DNA of 64,000 nt, taken from NCBI GenBank assembly GCA_963422625.1, contig OY730416.1:835607-899606 (forward strand). Direction: 5' to 3'. A program made the translations under genes and the position numbers. Shown here one piece after another: positions 55,556-63,807 of this stretch (its first letter is position 1; the number at the start of each line of letters is the position of its first letter). The notes under the pieces were generated by a model, which ran no database searches, was not told the origin of the DNA, and saw nothing but the letters and a program-made list of their open reading frames with translations. The stretch is from an uncultured Ferruginibacter sp. Lineage in GTDB: Bacteria > Bacteroidota > Bacteroidia > Chitinophagales > Chitinophagaceae.

Positions 55556-56938
55556 ATGAACCAACTTTCACAACAGGAGTTGTGGGAAAATATCCGAAAC
55601 TTTAAGCTTGATGACCCAACATCAGCTTTCCCCTTCTCCAAAAAACTGGCACAACAAAACAACTGGACCACATCATTTACCAACAGGGCTATTGAGGAAT
55701 ATAAAAAATTTATTTTCCTCTGCTGTATCTCGCCCACTGGAGCGTCGCCTTCTGAAGTGGTAGATGAGGTTTGGCATCTGCACCTAACCTATACAGATAA
55801 TTACTGGAACCAGTTTTGTAAGAAAACACTTTTAAAAGACATACATCATCATCCCAGCAAAGGCGGTGCAAATGAAAAAGAAAAACATGTAAACTGGTAT
55901 GCCAGCACTCTTGCTTTGTACCTGCAACAATTTAAAACCACGCCGCCCGCAGATATTTGGCCCACCAATCAGCAACCACAAAACGATATTGATGAGCCTG
56001 TTTATGAACCGGAGTTTTTTAAACGACTGGTTTTTATTTTTGCCGCAGCGGTAGTAGTGTTTATACTGGGTGTAAATCTCTTTCACACCAAAGGATCTGA
56101 TTTTTTATCCTATTATCTTATCCTGTGCATTGCGGGGCTAATTGCTTTATTTATATCACAGCTGCATAAAGACAAGAGGCTTACAACGATCATTGAAAAT
56201 AATCTGCCACAAAAATCCACGCCTTATCAAATGGCCCGTTTTTTATATGGTAACCACCGTTGTTATCAAACAGCATTGGTAGATTTGATCAGAAGAAATA
56301 TTATTCAAACTGCTGGCAATGATTATAAATTAGTACGGCCTCCTGTTTACATTACTGATGGCGAAGACAACCCACTGTTATCGCCATTAATTGAAAATGT
56401 AAAAGTAGATGACACTTTTACTTATAACGAAGGACTGGGATTTATTGACCGGGATACAGTGTTGCACGCAGACCTGGAACGTTTACACCGGCTTTCTTTA
56501 AAAGTAGATTACCAAAAACTGATCATACCGGGTATTGTATTACTCATTGGGTTTGCAAGATTTTTACAGGGCATGGCTAATGATAAGCCAGTTGGTTTCC
56601 TGGTAATGGAAATGGGTGCTTTTGGTTTGATTGCACTGGCCGTTTTACAATCATACTCTTACACCAAATCGGTAAGGTTACAACTGGGGCTTTATTGGCA
56701 GGGGCAAAACAGTAATGGTAACAGCAGTAATATCATCAACAATTTTACCATTTTAGGTGTAAGCGCTGTTGCAGGCTTTGCTGAATACAGTGTACTTAAA
56801 AATGTATTCGATAGTTTTACTGTTAGAGAAAAGAAATTTTCTGGGGATGGTTCTGCAGGATGCAGCAGTGGCTGCGGCAGCAGTTGTGGAAGCAGTTGCG
56901 GCGGTGGAGGATGTGGTGGCTGCGGCGGTGGCGATTAA
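55556..56938 (+). CDS. Membrane protein with a GRDP-like (WHLHL) N-terminal domain, a TIGR04222-like membrane region and a Cys/Gly/Ser-rich C-terminal tail
   Basis: The 460-aa protein has an N-terminal soluble domain with DEVWHLHLTYTDNYW and about five TM helices. The central segment is YQMARFLYGNHRCYQTALVDLIRRNII, and the tail is GDGSAGCSSGCGSSCGSSCGGGGCGGCGGGD. Confidence 0.7.
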   Translation: MNQLSQQELWENIRNFKLDDPTSAFPFSKKLAQQNNWTTSFTNRAIEEYKKFIFLCCISPTGASPSEVVDEVWHLHLTYTDNYWNQFCKKTLLKDIHHHPSKGGANEKEKHVNWYASTLALYLQQFKTTPPADIWPTNQQPQNDIDEPVYEPEFFKRLVFIFAAAVVVFILGVNLFHTKGSDFLSYYLILCIAGLIALFISQLHKDKRLTTIIENNLPQKSTPYQMARFLYGNHRCYQTALVDLIRRNIIQTAGNDYKLVRPPVYITDGEDNPLLSPLIENVKVDDTFTYNEGLGFIDRDTVLHADLERLHRLSLKVDYQKLIIPGIVLLIGFARFLQGMANDKPVGFLVMEMGAFGLIALAVLQSYSYTKSVRLQLGLYWQGQNSNGNSSNIINNFTILGVSAVAGFAEYSVLKNVFDSFTVREKKFSGDGSAGCSSGCGSSCGSSCGGGGCGGCGGGD

Positions 56939-56939
56939 T

Positions 56940-57758
56940 TTATTTTATTAATAAACTATCCATCTTTCTTTTATACAAATCAAACCCGGCCAGGTTATGG
57001 TGCGTTCCATTTTCTAAAGTTATAAACTCATCAGTGGGCTTTAAAACAGTTTTTAATTTTGATGCACAGCGGTAAGGTATCACCCAATCATTGGTGCCAT
57101 GAAAAATAGTGATGGGATAATTTACATCCTGTAAATATTGGGAGGTTGGAATTTTATAGGTTATCATTCTTTGTGTGGGATAAATAAATGCATACGCCGC
57201 AAATACATCGGGTATGCTGTAGTACGGCGTTTCCAGTATCAGCCTTTTACAATTGGTTTGCGAAGCCACATAAGCTGCGATGCCCGAGCCTAAAGATTTA
57301 CCGTATAAAATAATACTGTCTGCATGATATTTTGCAAGCGCCATTTTTTGCACCTGCAAAGCCTGGTACAATATTTTTTGTTCTGTTCTGCTGCCGGTAC
57401 TTTTGCCATAGCCCGGATAATCTTCCATCCAAACTTCGTAACCATTTTTAGTAAATACATTTACAAATTTTGCATAGCGTTCTATATTTTGTTTATTGCC
57501 ATGAAAATAAAGTACCACGCCTTTTCTTACAGAATCTGCCGGAAAGAACTGCACCATGTTCATGGTATCTTTTTCATTAAAAGGAATATTTACTTCCCGG
57601 AAAGGTGCATTAAATTTAAAAACATGGTCTTTTGTAAATGTTTCCGGTTTAAATAAAATATAATCCTGCAAATAAAACATTGCAATGCCAAGTATGGAAT
57701 ACAGCAATATGATCACTTTTATCCACCGAAATATTTTTCTTTTCATTTTTAAATTCAT
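56940..57758 (-). CDS. Alpha/beta hydrolase with an N-terminal membrane anchor
   Basis: It has an HGN oxyanion motif (YFHGNKQN), the nucleophile elbow GKSLGSG, and a late Asp and His (HGTNDWVIP, GTHHN). Confidence 0.8.
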   Translation of the reverse strand: MNLKMKRKIFRWIKVIILLYSILGIAMFYLQDYILFKPETFTKDHVFKFNAPFREVNIPFNEKDTMNMVQFFPADSVRKGVVLYFHGNKQNIERYAKFVNVFTKNGYEVWMEDYPGYGKSTGSRTEQKILYQALQVQKMALAKYHADSIILYGKSLGSGIAAYVASQTNCKRLILETPYYSIPDVFAAYAFIYPTQRMITYKIPTSQYLQDVNYPITIFHGTNDWVIPYRCASKLKTVLKPTDEFITLENGTHHNLAGFDLYKRKMDSLLIK

Positions 57759-57780
57759 ATTGAGCTTTGTAAATTAAAAG

Positions 57781-57868
57781 CTGTCAGCCTGAGCCTGCCG
57801 AAGGCGGTTTACATTTTGAGGTTGCCTCTTTTCCTAAGAAGCCGGCTTCGACAAGCTCAGCCTGACAC
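57781..57868. repeat. Imperfect inverted repeat (REP/MITE-like) between the two hydrolase paralogs
   Basis: The left arm is gtcagcctgagcctgccgaaggc. The reverse complement of the right arm is gtcaggctgagcttgtcgaagcc (4 mismatches in 23, counted by hand), and the spacer is about 35 nt. Confidence 0.5.
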
Positions 57869-57884
57869 TATTCTATTTTTATCA

Positions 57885-58673
57885 TTAGTACTGGAGGATA
57901 TCTCTTATAAAATTATGGTATTCCGGAAAGGTCGGCAGGTTATTATGCTTACCGCCTTGTATCCTTATCAATGTTATTTTCCTTGGATTGAGTTGCTGTA
58001 ATTTTTCGCTGTTGCTGATGGGTATTAAAAAATCTTTGGTGCCGTGTAAAATATAAGTATGGCAATTTACTTTGGGCAGCCATTTATCGGTACGCAAATG
58101 AAAACGTAAAATATACTTTACCGGAAGTATCGGTAAAAAACGCTCAATGGTTTTTTTAAAACTAAAATAAGGTGCATCCAAAATTAAATAACGGGGTGTA
58201 TTGTCTGCAGCAAGTTTTGCAGCAAAGCCACTGCCCAAACTTCTGCCATAAACTATCAAATGATTTTGCGGATATGTTTTTGTAAGTGTATTGTATACAA
58301 ACTGCATATCGTTTAGCATATCTTTTTCGTTACGCTTGCCGGTGCTTTTGCCGAAGCCGCGGTAGTCTACCAGCACCACATCATATTTGTAGCGGTAAAA
58401 ATCACGGGCATATTTTGCCCAGCCTTTTATGCTGCGGCTGTTGCCATGAAAATATAAAATAAGGCCCAGTGGTTTTTCAGTATAAAAATGCAACCCGTTT
58501 ATCCTTACACCTTCTTCCACATCAAAAAACAATTCCCTGAAAGGTGCATCATATTTATACACAAAATCCTGCCGCAGTTTCTCCGGCTTAAAAATAAATT
58601 TTTCCTGCACAAAGTAAATGATAACAGAAAGTACTGCAATGCCACCGATAATATATAGAATGATCTGAAGCAA
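57885..58673 (-). CDS. Alpha/beta hydrolase, a tandem paralog of 56940-57758
   Basis: It has YFHGNSRS, GRSLGSG, HGTKDFLIP and GKHNN. It has the same N-terminal TM anchor and FKPE motif as its neighbour, and it uses a TTG start. Confidence 0.8.
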   Translation of the reverse strand: MLQIILYIIGGIAVLSVIIYFVQEKFIFKPEKLRQDFVYKYDAPFRELFFDVEEGVRINGLHFYTEKPLGLILYFHGNSRSIKGWAKYARDFYRYKYDVVLVDYRGFGKSTGKRNEKDMLNDMQFVYNTLTKTYPQNHLIVYGRSLGSGFAAKLAADNTPRYLILDAPYFSFKKTIERFLPILPVKYILRFHLRTDKWLPKVNCHTYILHGTKDFLIPISNSEKLQQLNPRKITLIRIQGGKHNNLPTFPEYHNFIRDILQY

Positions 58674-58679
58674 AAATTA

Positions 58680-58707
58680 GTTGATGGTTGATAGTTGATG
58701 GTTGATA
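58680..58707. repeat. Heptamer tandem repeat (GTTGATR x4) immediately upstream of the hydrolase start
   Basis: The units are gttgatg gttgata gttgatg gttgata, followed by a degenerate fifth unit, gttatgt. Confidence 0.7.
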
Positions 58708-58769
58708 GTTATGTGCATACTGTTAAATTAATAATTCTGTAATTATCAGCAAACATCAATAATCCCCCT

Positions 58770-59078
58770 TTAGATATTAGGGGTAAACTGCTTTTTCCAT
58801 GCTTCGGTTCCACCAATAAGATTAATGAGGTTGGCAAAAGGGAATTTTTCCTGCAGGCGCTGAATGGCAATCTGGCTGCGGATGCCTTTGCGGCAATACA
58901 AGACCACTGGTTTACCTGTAGCAATTCTTTGTATCTGCTGTGCTATTTCTCCCAATGGTATAAGTTCGCCGCCAATATTAAATACTTCGTGTTCTTCCGG
59001 CTCACGTACATCTATCAGTTGAAAATCACTTTTATTTTCAATCAATGATGCCAGCGCTGTTACGGTAATACTGTTCAT
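58770..59078 (-). CDS. Rhodanese-like domain protein
   Basis: The 102-aa protein has LIDVREPEE and the active-site loop CRKGIRS. Its start overlaps the kup stop by 4 nt (ATGA). Confidence 0.8.
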   Translation of the reverse strand: MNSITVTALASLIENKSDFQLIDVREPEEHEVFNIGGELIPLGEIAQQIQRIATGKPVVLYCRKGIRSQIAIQRLQEKFPFANLINLIGGTEAWKKQFTPNI

Positions 59079-61089
59079 GAGTATTCTTCTTCCTCCTCTT
59101 CATCTGTATACACCCTCTGCAATTTTAGTTTGCTCACCGGCGCTACTATTAATGGAAATTTTTCTACCTGTACCTTGCTTTGTTCCAGGCCAAAACCTTT
59201 TTCTTCGCTCAGTGAAACTTCTTTTACCCAGAAGTAAAGGCGCATGATGAGTTTTTCAAAGAAGGGCAGTTCATTATCCTGCGATAAAAATTTTTCCATT
59301 ACCACAAACTGAAAATCGCCGGTTACATTATTGCGTTGCTGGCTTTCATACCGGCTGGTTACATTCACTTCGCGGTTGGCCACCAAATCTTCCACCACTT
59401 TTTTAAACATCAAATTAATTCGTGGCGCTATCCTGAAACCAAGTCGAAATTCCACCCGGATGATATCATTGGGAATAATATGCTCTACCGAATATTCTGC
59501 AGTATAAGGATCATCCAGCGTATCTACGTGTACAAACCAGTAAATATCTGCACGCTTGGGTTTACCACTTAAGATGCTGTAAATAATTTTGTGTTCAATT
59601 TCTTTAGGATTGTTGGCACTGGTTAAGTACACCAAATGCGTAGCGTATTTTGGTACTGTTACATCATTGCTAAGCTCTTCCAGTTTAGGAATGTATTCTT
59701 CCAGGCGCACAAACTCCACGTAGCGGTTTTTAATTTTGCGTGCCCTGAACCATACATACATTACAGCAAATAAACCACCACCTACAATTAAAGTAACATA
59801 ACCACCGTGAGGGAATTTATCTAAGTTGGCAATTAAAAAACTTATTTCGATGGTTAGAAAAACAGCCAGGAATAAATAGATGAGTAATGCATTCACCCTG
59901 CGTGAGATGAGGTAATTGGAGAACAGGATAGTGGTGGCCAGCATACACAACGTAATGGCTAAACCATAAGCTGCACCCATAGCGCTGGAGGTTTGAAAAT
60001 ATAAAACAATACCCACGCAACCGGCGTACAGTAATGAATTGATACCGGGTATAAACAATTGTCCTTTAGCTTCGGTGGGATAAATGATTTTCATTTTGGG
60101 CCACAGGTTCAGGCGGATGGCCTCACTGATAAGTGTAAACGAACCGCTGATCAATGCCTGGCTGGCAATGATTGCAGCAGCGGTGGCAATGATGATACCC
60201 GTTACCAAAAACCAGTCGGGCATTACTTCAAAAAAGGGATTCTTCATGGCAATTGCCCCCGGGATTTTGCTCACCAATTCACTGGTGGCAAATATCTTTC
60301 CATTATTGTGCAGTAACCAGGCACCCTGGCCCAGGTAGTTCAATATCAAACACAATTTTACAAATACCCAGGTGTAGCGGATATTGGCCCTGCCGGTATG
60401 GCCAAGGTCGCTGTATAATGCTTCGGCACCAGTAGTACATAAAAACACGGCACCTAATAACCAAAAGCCTTTGGGATAGGTAATTAATATATCGATGGCA
60501 TAATAAGGATTGAATGCTTTTAAAATACCCCACTCGTCGGAAATATGCGCCAGGCCCAAAACTGCAAGCATTAAAAACCAGATGAACATTATGGGGCCAA
60601 ACATTTTACCAATACTGGCCGTACCAAACTGTTGCATAAAAAACAATATAGTGAGGATGCCCAGAATGATAAAAATGATGGTTTGCTCAGTAATTTCATG
60701 CAGACCGGGAATATTGCGCAAACCTTCCACCGCCGAAGCCACAGAGATAGGCGGAGTTATCATACCATCGGCCAGTAATGCTGCTCCACCAATCATGGCG
60801 GGGATGACCAGCCATTTTTTTTGCCGGCGTACCAGCGTATATAATGAAAAGATACCACCCTCACACGGTTATCAGCCTTTAAAGTAAGCGCCACATATTT
60901 AATGGTGGTTTGCAGGGTTAATGTCCAAATTATACAAGACAACCCTCCAATAATGAGCAGTGGTTCAATTTTTTTGCCATTGATAATTTCACTGAATACA
61001 TAAAGCGGTGAGGTACCGATATCGCCATAAATAATTCCGAGGGCTACAACTAAACCAGCAGCGGTTACCTTATTAACATGTTTGGACAC
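59075..61089 (-). pseudogene. kup: KUP-family potassium transporter interrupted by a 1-nt frameshift near 60863-60867
   Basis: The N-terminal ORF (60793-61089) has IIYGDIGTSPLYV...LKADNR and then goes out of frame. The next frame reads EGGIFSLYTLVRRQKKWLVIPAMIGGAALLADGMITPPISV and continues into ORF 59075-60796. The conserved ADNxGEGG motif is split exactly at the junction. Confidence 0.85.
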
Positions 61090-61109
61090 TACAAAAAATT
61101 TAAACGTTC

Positions 61110-61147
61110 AAAAAGACAGCGGTGCAGGAAAAATCACCTGCGGCGCT
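61110..61147 (-). terminator. Terminator-like hairpin inside the kup leader (candidate attenuator)
   Basis: The minus-strand RNA forms AGCGCCGCAGG-UGAUUUUU-CCUGCACCGCU (4+5 bp with a 2x2 internal loop), followed by GUCUUUUUG. An upstream CCUGC could compete for the GCAGG arm. Confidence 0.45.
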
Positions 61148-61245
61148 ACGGCGTTATGGTTTGCTGGCAGGCACTCCCAATGGCAGTCTTTTCAACAACG
61201 TACTAACCGGCGGTTTCATTGCTGTGCAGTAAGTTGTTTTAAAAA
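61148..61245 (-). ncRNA. Structured 5' leader of kup; a possible riboswitch aptamer (c-di-AMP / ydaO-type is a low-confidence guess)
   Basis: The leader between the candidate -7 box and the GTG start is about 155 nt. It has a 10-bp helix AACAACUUAC/GUACGUUGUU and two related half-motifs, GAAACCGCCGGUUAGUACG and CAAACCAUAACGCCGUAGCGCCG. The AACC...GUAGCG pattern recalls conserved parts of ydaO-class RNAs as I remember them. Confidence 0.3.
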
Positions 61246-61252
61246 ATAGGTA

Positions 61253-61260
61253 CAAATGTA
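61253..61260 (-). promoter_or_regulatory. Candidate -7 promoter element (TAcaTTTG) for kup
   Basis: The minus strand reads TACATTTG about 165 nt upstream of the kup start. This is a motif match only. Confidence 0.35.
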
Positions 61261-61330
61261 GATTGATTTTAAATATGAGGGTAGAATATTTTTAATATTA
61301 AACAAGCGGGCCTAAGGCTATCCCAAACAG

Positions 61331-61368
61331 CTTTAACCCTGCCCCAAAACGGTTGGCAGGGGTTAAAG
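61331..61368 (-). terminator. 13-bp perfect hairpin downstream of the DoxX gene
   Basis: The sequence is ctttaaccctgcc-ccaaaacggtt-ggcaggggttaaag, and the trailing U-tract is weak. Confidence 0.5.
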
Positions 61369-61384
61369 TTTAGTACTAATGTTG

Positions 61385-61882
61385 CTATTCGCTTATGCTG
61401 TACACTTTTTTTGAAGTAGCTATTATAAAATCTACTGACCTGCGGCCGGCACCTTCAAGCAGTAAAAAGATACAGGTAAGTATTTGTGCATAGTCTGACC
61501 GTATTTCGTGCAGCACGGCCCATATACCCATCTTTGGTGGTGCCGGTGGCAATGGCAGCGGGCTTGTGCCCAGGTACAAGCCAATTTTTGTACTCAGCAC
61601 GGCCACTATCATTTGAATGATAAAATAAAAAGCCGTGATCCTTGTAAACAATCCCATTACCAGTAGCAAACCTCCAATAATTTCGCCGGTGGCTACAAAG
61701 TGTGCGGTGGTTTCGGGAAAAGCAAAACCGAGCTTGGTAAACCTGCCCACACCCTGGTTAACGTAAACAAATTTTAAAATACCCTCCCAAAAAAATACAC
61801 TTCCCGCCATCAGGCGGATCAATAAGATAGTGGATGGCCCCGTTACCGGGGGATGCAAAAACCAGTTGATCATTTTTTTCAT
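61385..61882 (-). CDS. DoxX family membrane protein
   Basis: The 165-aa protein has four TM helices and the DoxX-like pattern LLIRLMAGSVFFWEGILKF...GEIIGGLLLVMGLFTR. Confidence 0.8.
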   Translation of the reverse strand: MKKMINWFLHPPVTGPSTILLIRLMAGSVFFWEGILKFVYVNQGVGRFTKLGFAFPETTAHFVATGEIIGGLLLVMGLFTRITAFYFIIQMIVAVLSTKIGLYLGTSPLPLPPAPPKMGIWAVLHEIRSDYAQILTCIFLLLEGAGRRSVDFIIATSKKVYSISE

Positions 61883-62024
61883 TGCGCTTGATATTTAATA
61901 AGTAAAATAATAGCGCAAACTTCTGCACCACATTGCTGCCGGTAAAAATATTTACAGCATCTACCGGTTTTTCCTGATAAAGCACCCGTTTATCAGGAAA
62001 TATACCTGCATGGTGTAATAAAAT

Positions 62025-63083
62025 ATGTTAAATACACAGCGTTGCTACCTTTACGGCATGTTTATGGTAAAAAGCAAAAGTATATTGTATCATGTTGCAT
62101 TTTGGGCTGCCTTGTACCTGTTGTGGATTGTTATTTTCCGCAGTTATTCCGTTCCGGTTTCTAAAACCCTGACTATAGAATTTTGTTACTTACTCTTTAT
62201 TACTGCAGATTATTATGCTATCAGCAATTTTATAGTGCCGCGTTTTTTAATGAGAAAGCAATATTTTCTTTTTGCTGCAACCGTGCTGCTCACCATTTTA
62301 CTTTCTGGCTGGTTACGTGCAGTGGTGGCTATGCAAATGAACCTGCATATTTTTCACAACAATACCACCACCGACTTTCTCACTTTATTTGTAAGCTCCG
62401 TTTTTAATATTGCACTTTGGGTTTTGCTTATAACATTAATAAAAATGGTGCTGGACAGGCGGCAAACGCAACAGCAACTGGAAGCAATGGAAAAAGAGCG
62501 GATAAAAAATGAACTGGATTTTTTAAAAGCGCAAATAAATCCTCATGCACTCTTCAACTCTTTAAATACTATTTACGGGTACATTGATAAAAGCAACCAG
62601 GCTGCAAGAAATGTATTACTTCAATTTGCCGAGCTGTTGCGCTACCAGTTGTACGATTGCAATGCCGAAAAAGTAAGCCTGGAAAAAGAACTGGAGTACA
62701 TTAAAAATTATATTGCGTTTCAGCAGTTAAGAAAAGATGACGACCTGGTAGTATGCACCAATATTTGCAACGTTAAGCCAGGCCTTACCATTGCCCCGCT
62801 TTTGCTTGTAGTGCTGGCAGAAAACGCTTTTAAATTTGTAAGCAGTTTTACAGGTAAGGAAAATAAGATTTCCATTACAATTACTGCAGACGATGATCAA
62901 CTAAAAACTTCTTTTATAAACACCAAAGAAATGCAGCAAAATAATGCAGCACGGGGTTCGGGCGGTATTGGTATTAGTAATTTAAAAAGGAGGCTGGCGT
63001 TGTTGTATCCCGGAAAACATCAGCTTATTGTGAATGACAATACTACGACTTACGAAACACATTTAAATATCAACCTAGCATGA
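62025..63083 (+). CDS. LytS/YehU-type sensor histidine kinase (His_kinase PF06580 type)
   Basis: It has N-terminal TM helices. The H-box region is ELDFLKAQINPHALFNSLNTIYG, and the C-terminal ATPase motifs are LAENAFKF and GGIGISNLKRRLALLYPG. The exact start is uncertain because alternative Met codons lie 10-13 codons in. Confidence 0.85.
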   Translation: MLNTQRCYLYGMFMVKSKSILYHVAFWAALYLLWIVIFRSYSVPVSKTLTIEFCYLLFITADYYAISNFIVPRFLMRKQYFLFAATVLLTILLSGWLRAVVAMQMNLHIFHNNTTTDFLTLFVSSVFNIALWVLLITLIKMVLDRRQTQQQLEAMEKERIKNELDFLKAQINPHALFNSLNTIYGYIDKSNQAARNVLLQFAELLRYQLYDCNAEKVSLEKELEYIKNYIAFQQLRKDDDLVVCTNICNVKPGLTIAPLLLVVLAENAFKFVSSFTGKENKISITITADDDQLKTSFINTKEMQQNNAARGSGGIGISNLKRRLALLYPGKHQLIVNDNTTTYETHLNINLA

Positions 63084-63799
63084 AATTAAAATGTATCATC
63101 ATTGATGATGAGCCTGTGGCAAGAAAAATATTGCAGGAATTTATTGAAGAAATTGATTACCTGGAACTGGCCGGGCAGGCAGAAAACCCTTTAAAAGCCA
63201 TGCCCCTGCTGGAAGAAGGTAATACCGACATTATTTTTTTGGATATCAATATGCCAAAGATAAACGGCATTGAATTTTTAAAGTCTTCAAACCTTAAAGC
63301 TAATATTATTATTACCACGGCCTACGCCAACCATGCCGTGGAAGCATTCGGGCTTAATGTGCTGGACTATTTAGTGAAACCTGTTGCCTTTACCAGGTTT
63401 TTACAAGCCTGTAATAAAGCAAAAGAATTAACAGCACTGAAAAATGCCACCCAGGCAACAACCACCGGTACCAGCGATCATTTTTTTATCAAGTGTGATA
63501 ACCAGATAGAAAAAATATTTTACAACGACCTGGTATATGCCGAAGCCATGTTGAATTATGTAATGCTGTACACTACTTCAAAAAAACTAATGGTGTATAT
63601 CACTATAAAAAGTTTAGAAGAACAATTACCTGCCGGCAGTTTTATCAAAGTGCATAAATCTTTTATCATTAACATACAAAAAATAAAAAGTATAGAAGGC
63701 AATACTTTGGATATGGGCATTCAAAAGATCACTATCAGCCAAAACTTAAAAGAAAAAGTGATGCACCAAATTGTTAAGGATAAAATGATAAAGCGTTAA
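63080..63799 (+). CDS. LytTR-family response regulator
   Basis: The receiver domain has CIIIDDEP, FLDINMP and the conserved K in YLVKP. The C-terminal LytTR DNA-binding domain has FIKVHKSFIINIQKIKSIEG. It overlaps the kinase gene by 4 nt. Confidence 0.9.
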   Translation: MKLKCIIIDDEPVARKILQEFIEEIDYLELAGQAENPLKAMPLLEEGNTDIIFLDINMPKINGIEFLKSSNLKANIIITTAYANHAVEAFGLNVLDYLVKPVAFTRFLQACNKAKELTALKNATQATTTGTSDHFFIKCDNQIEKIFYNDLVYAEAMLNYVMLYTTSKKLMVYITIKSLEEQLPAGSFIKVHKSFIINIQKIKSIEGNTLDMGIQKITISQNLKEKVMHQIVKDKMIKR

Positions 63800-63807
63800 G
63801 GTTGCAT

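Noticed and set aside
56769-57075. Two plus-strand ORFs (56769-56951 and 56860-57075) rich in Ala/Val/Trp/Arg
   Set aside because: They are alternative frames of the GC-rich Cys/Gly-tail repeat of the 55556-56938 gene. They also run into the convergent hydrolase gene.
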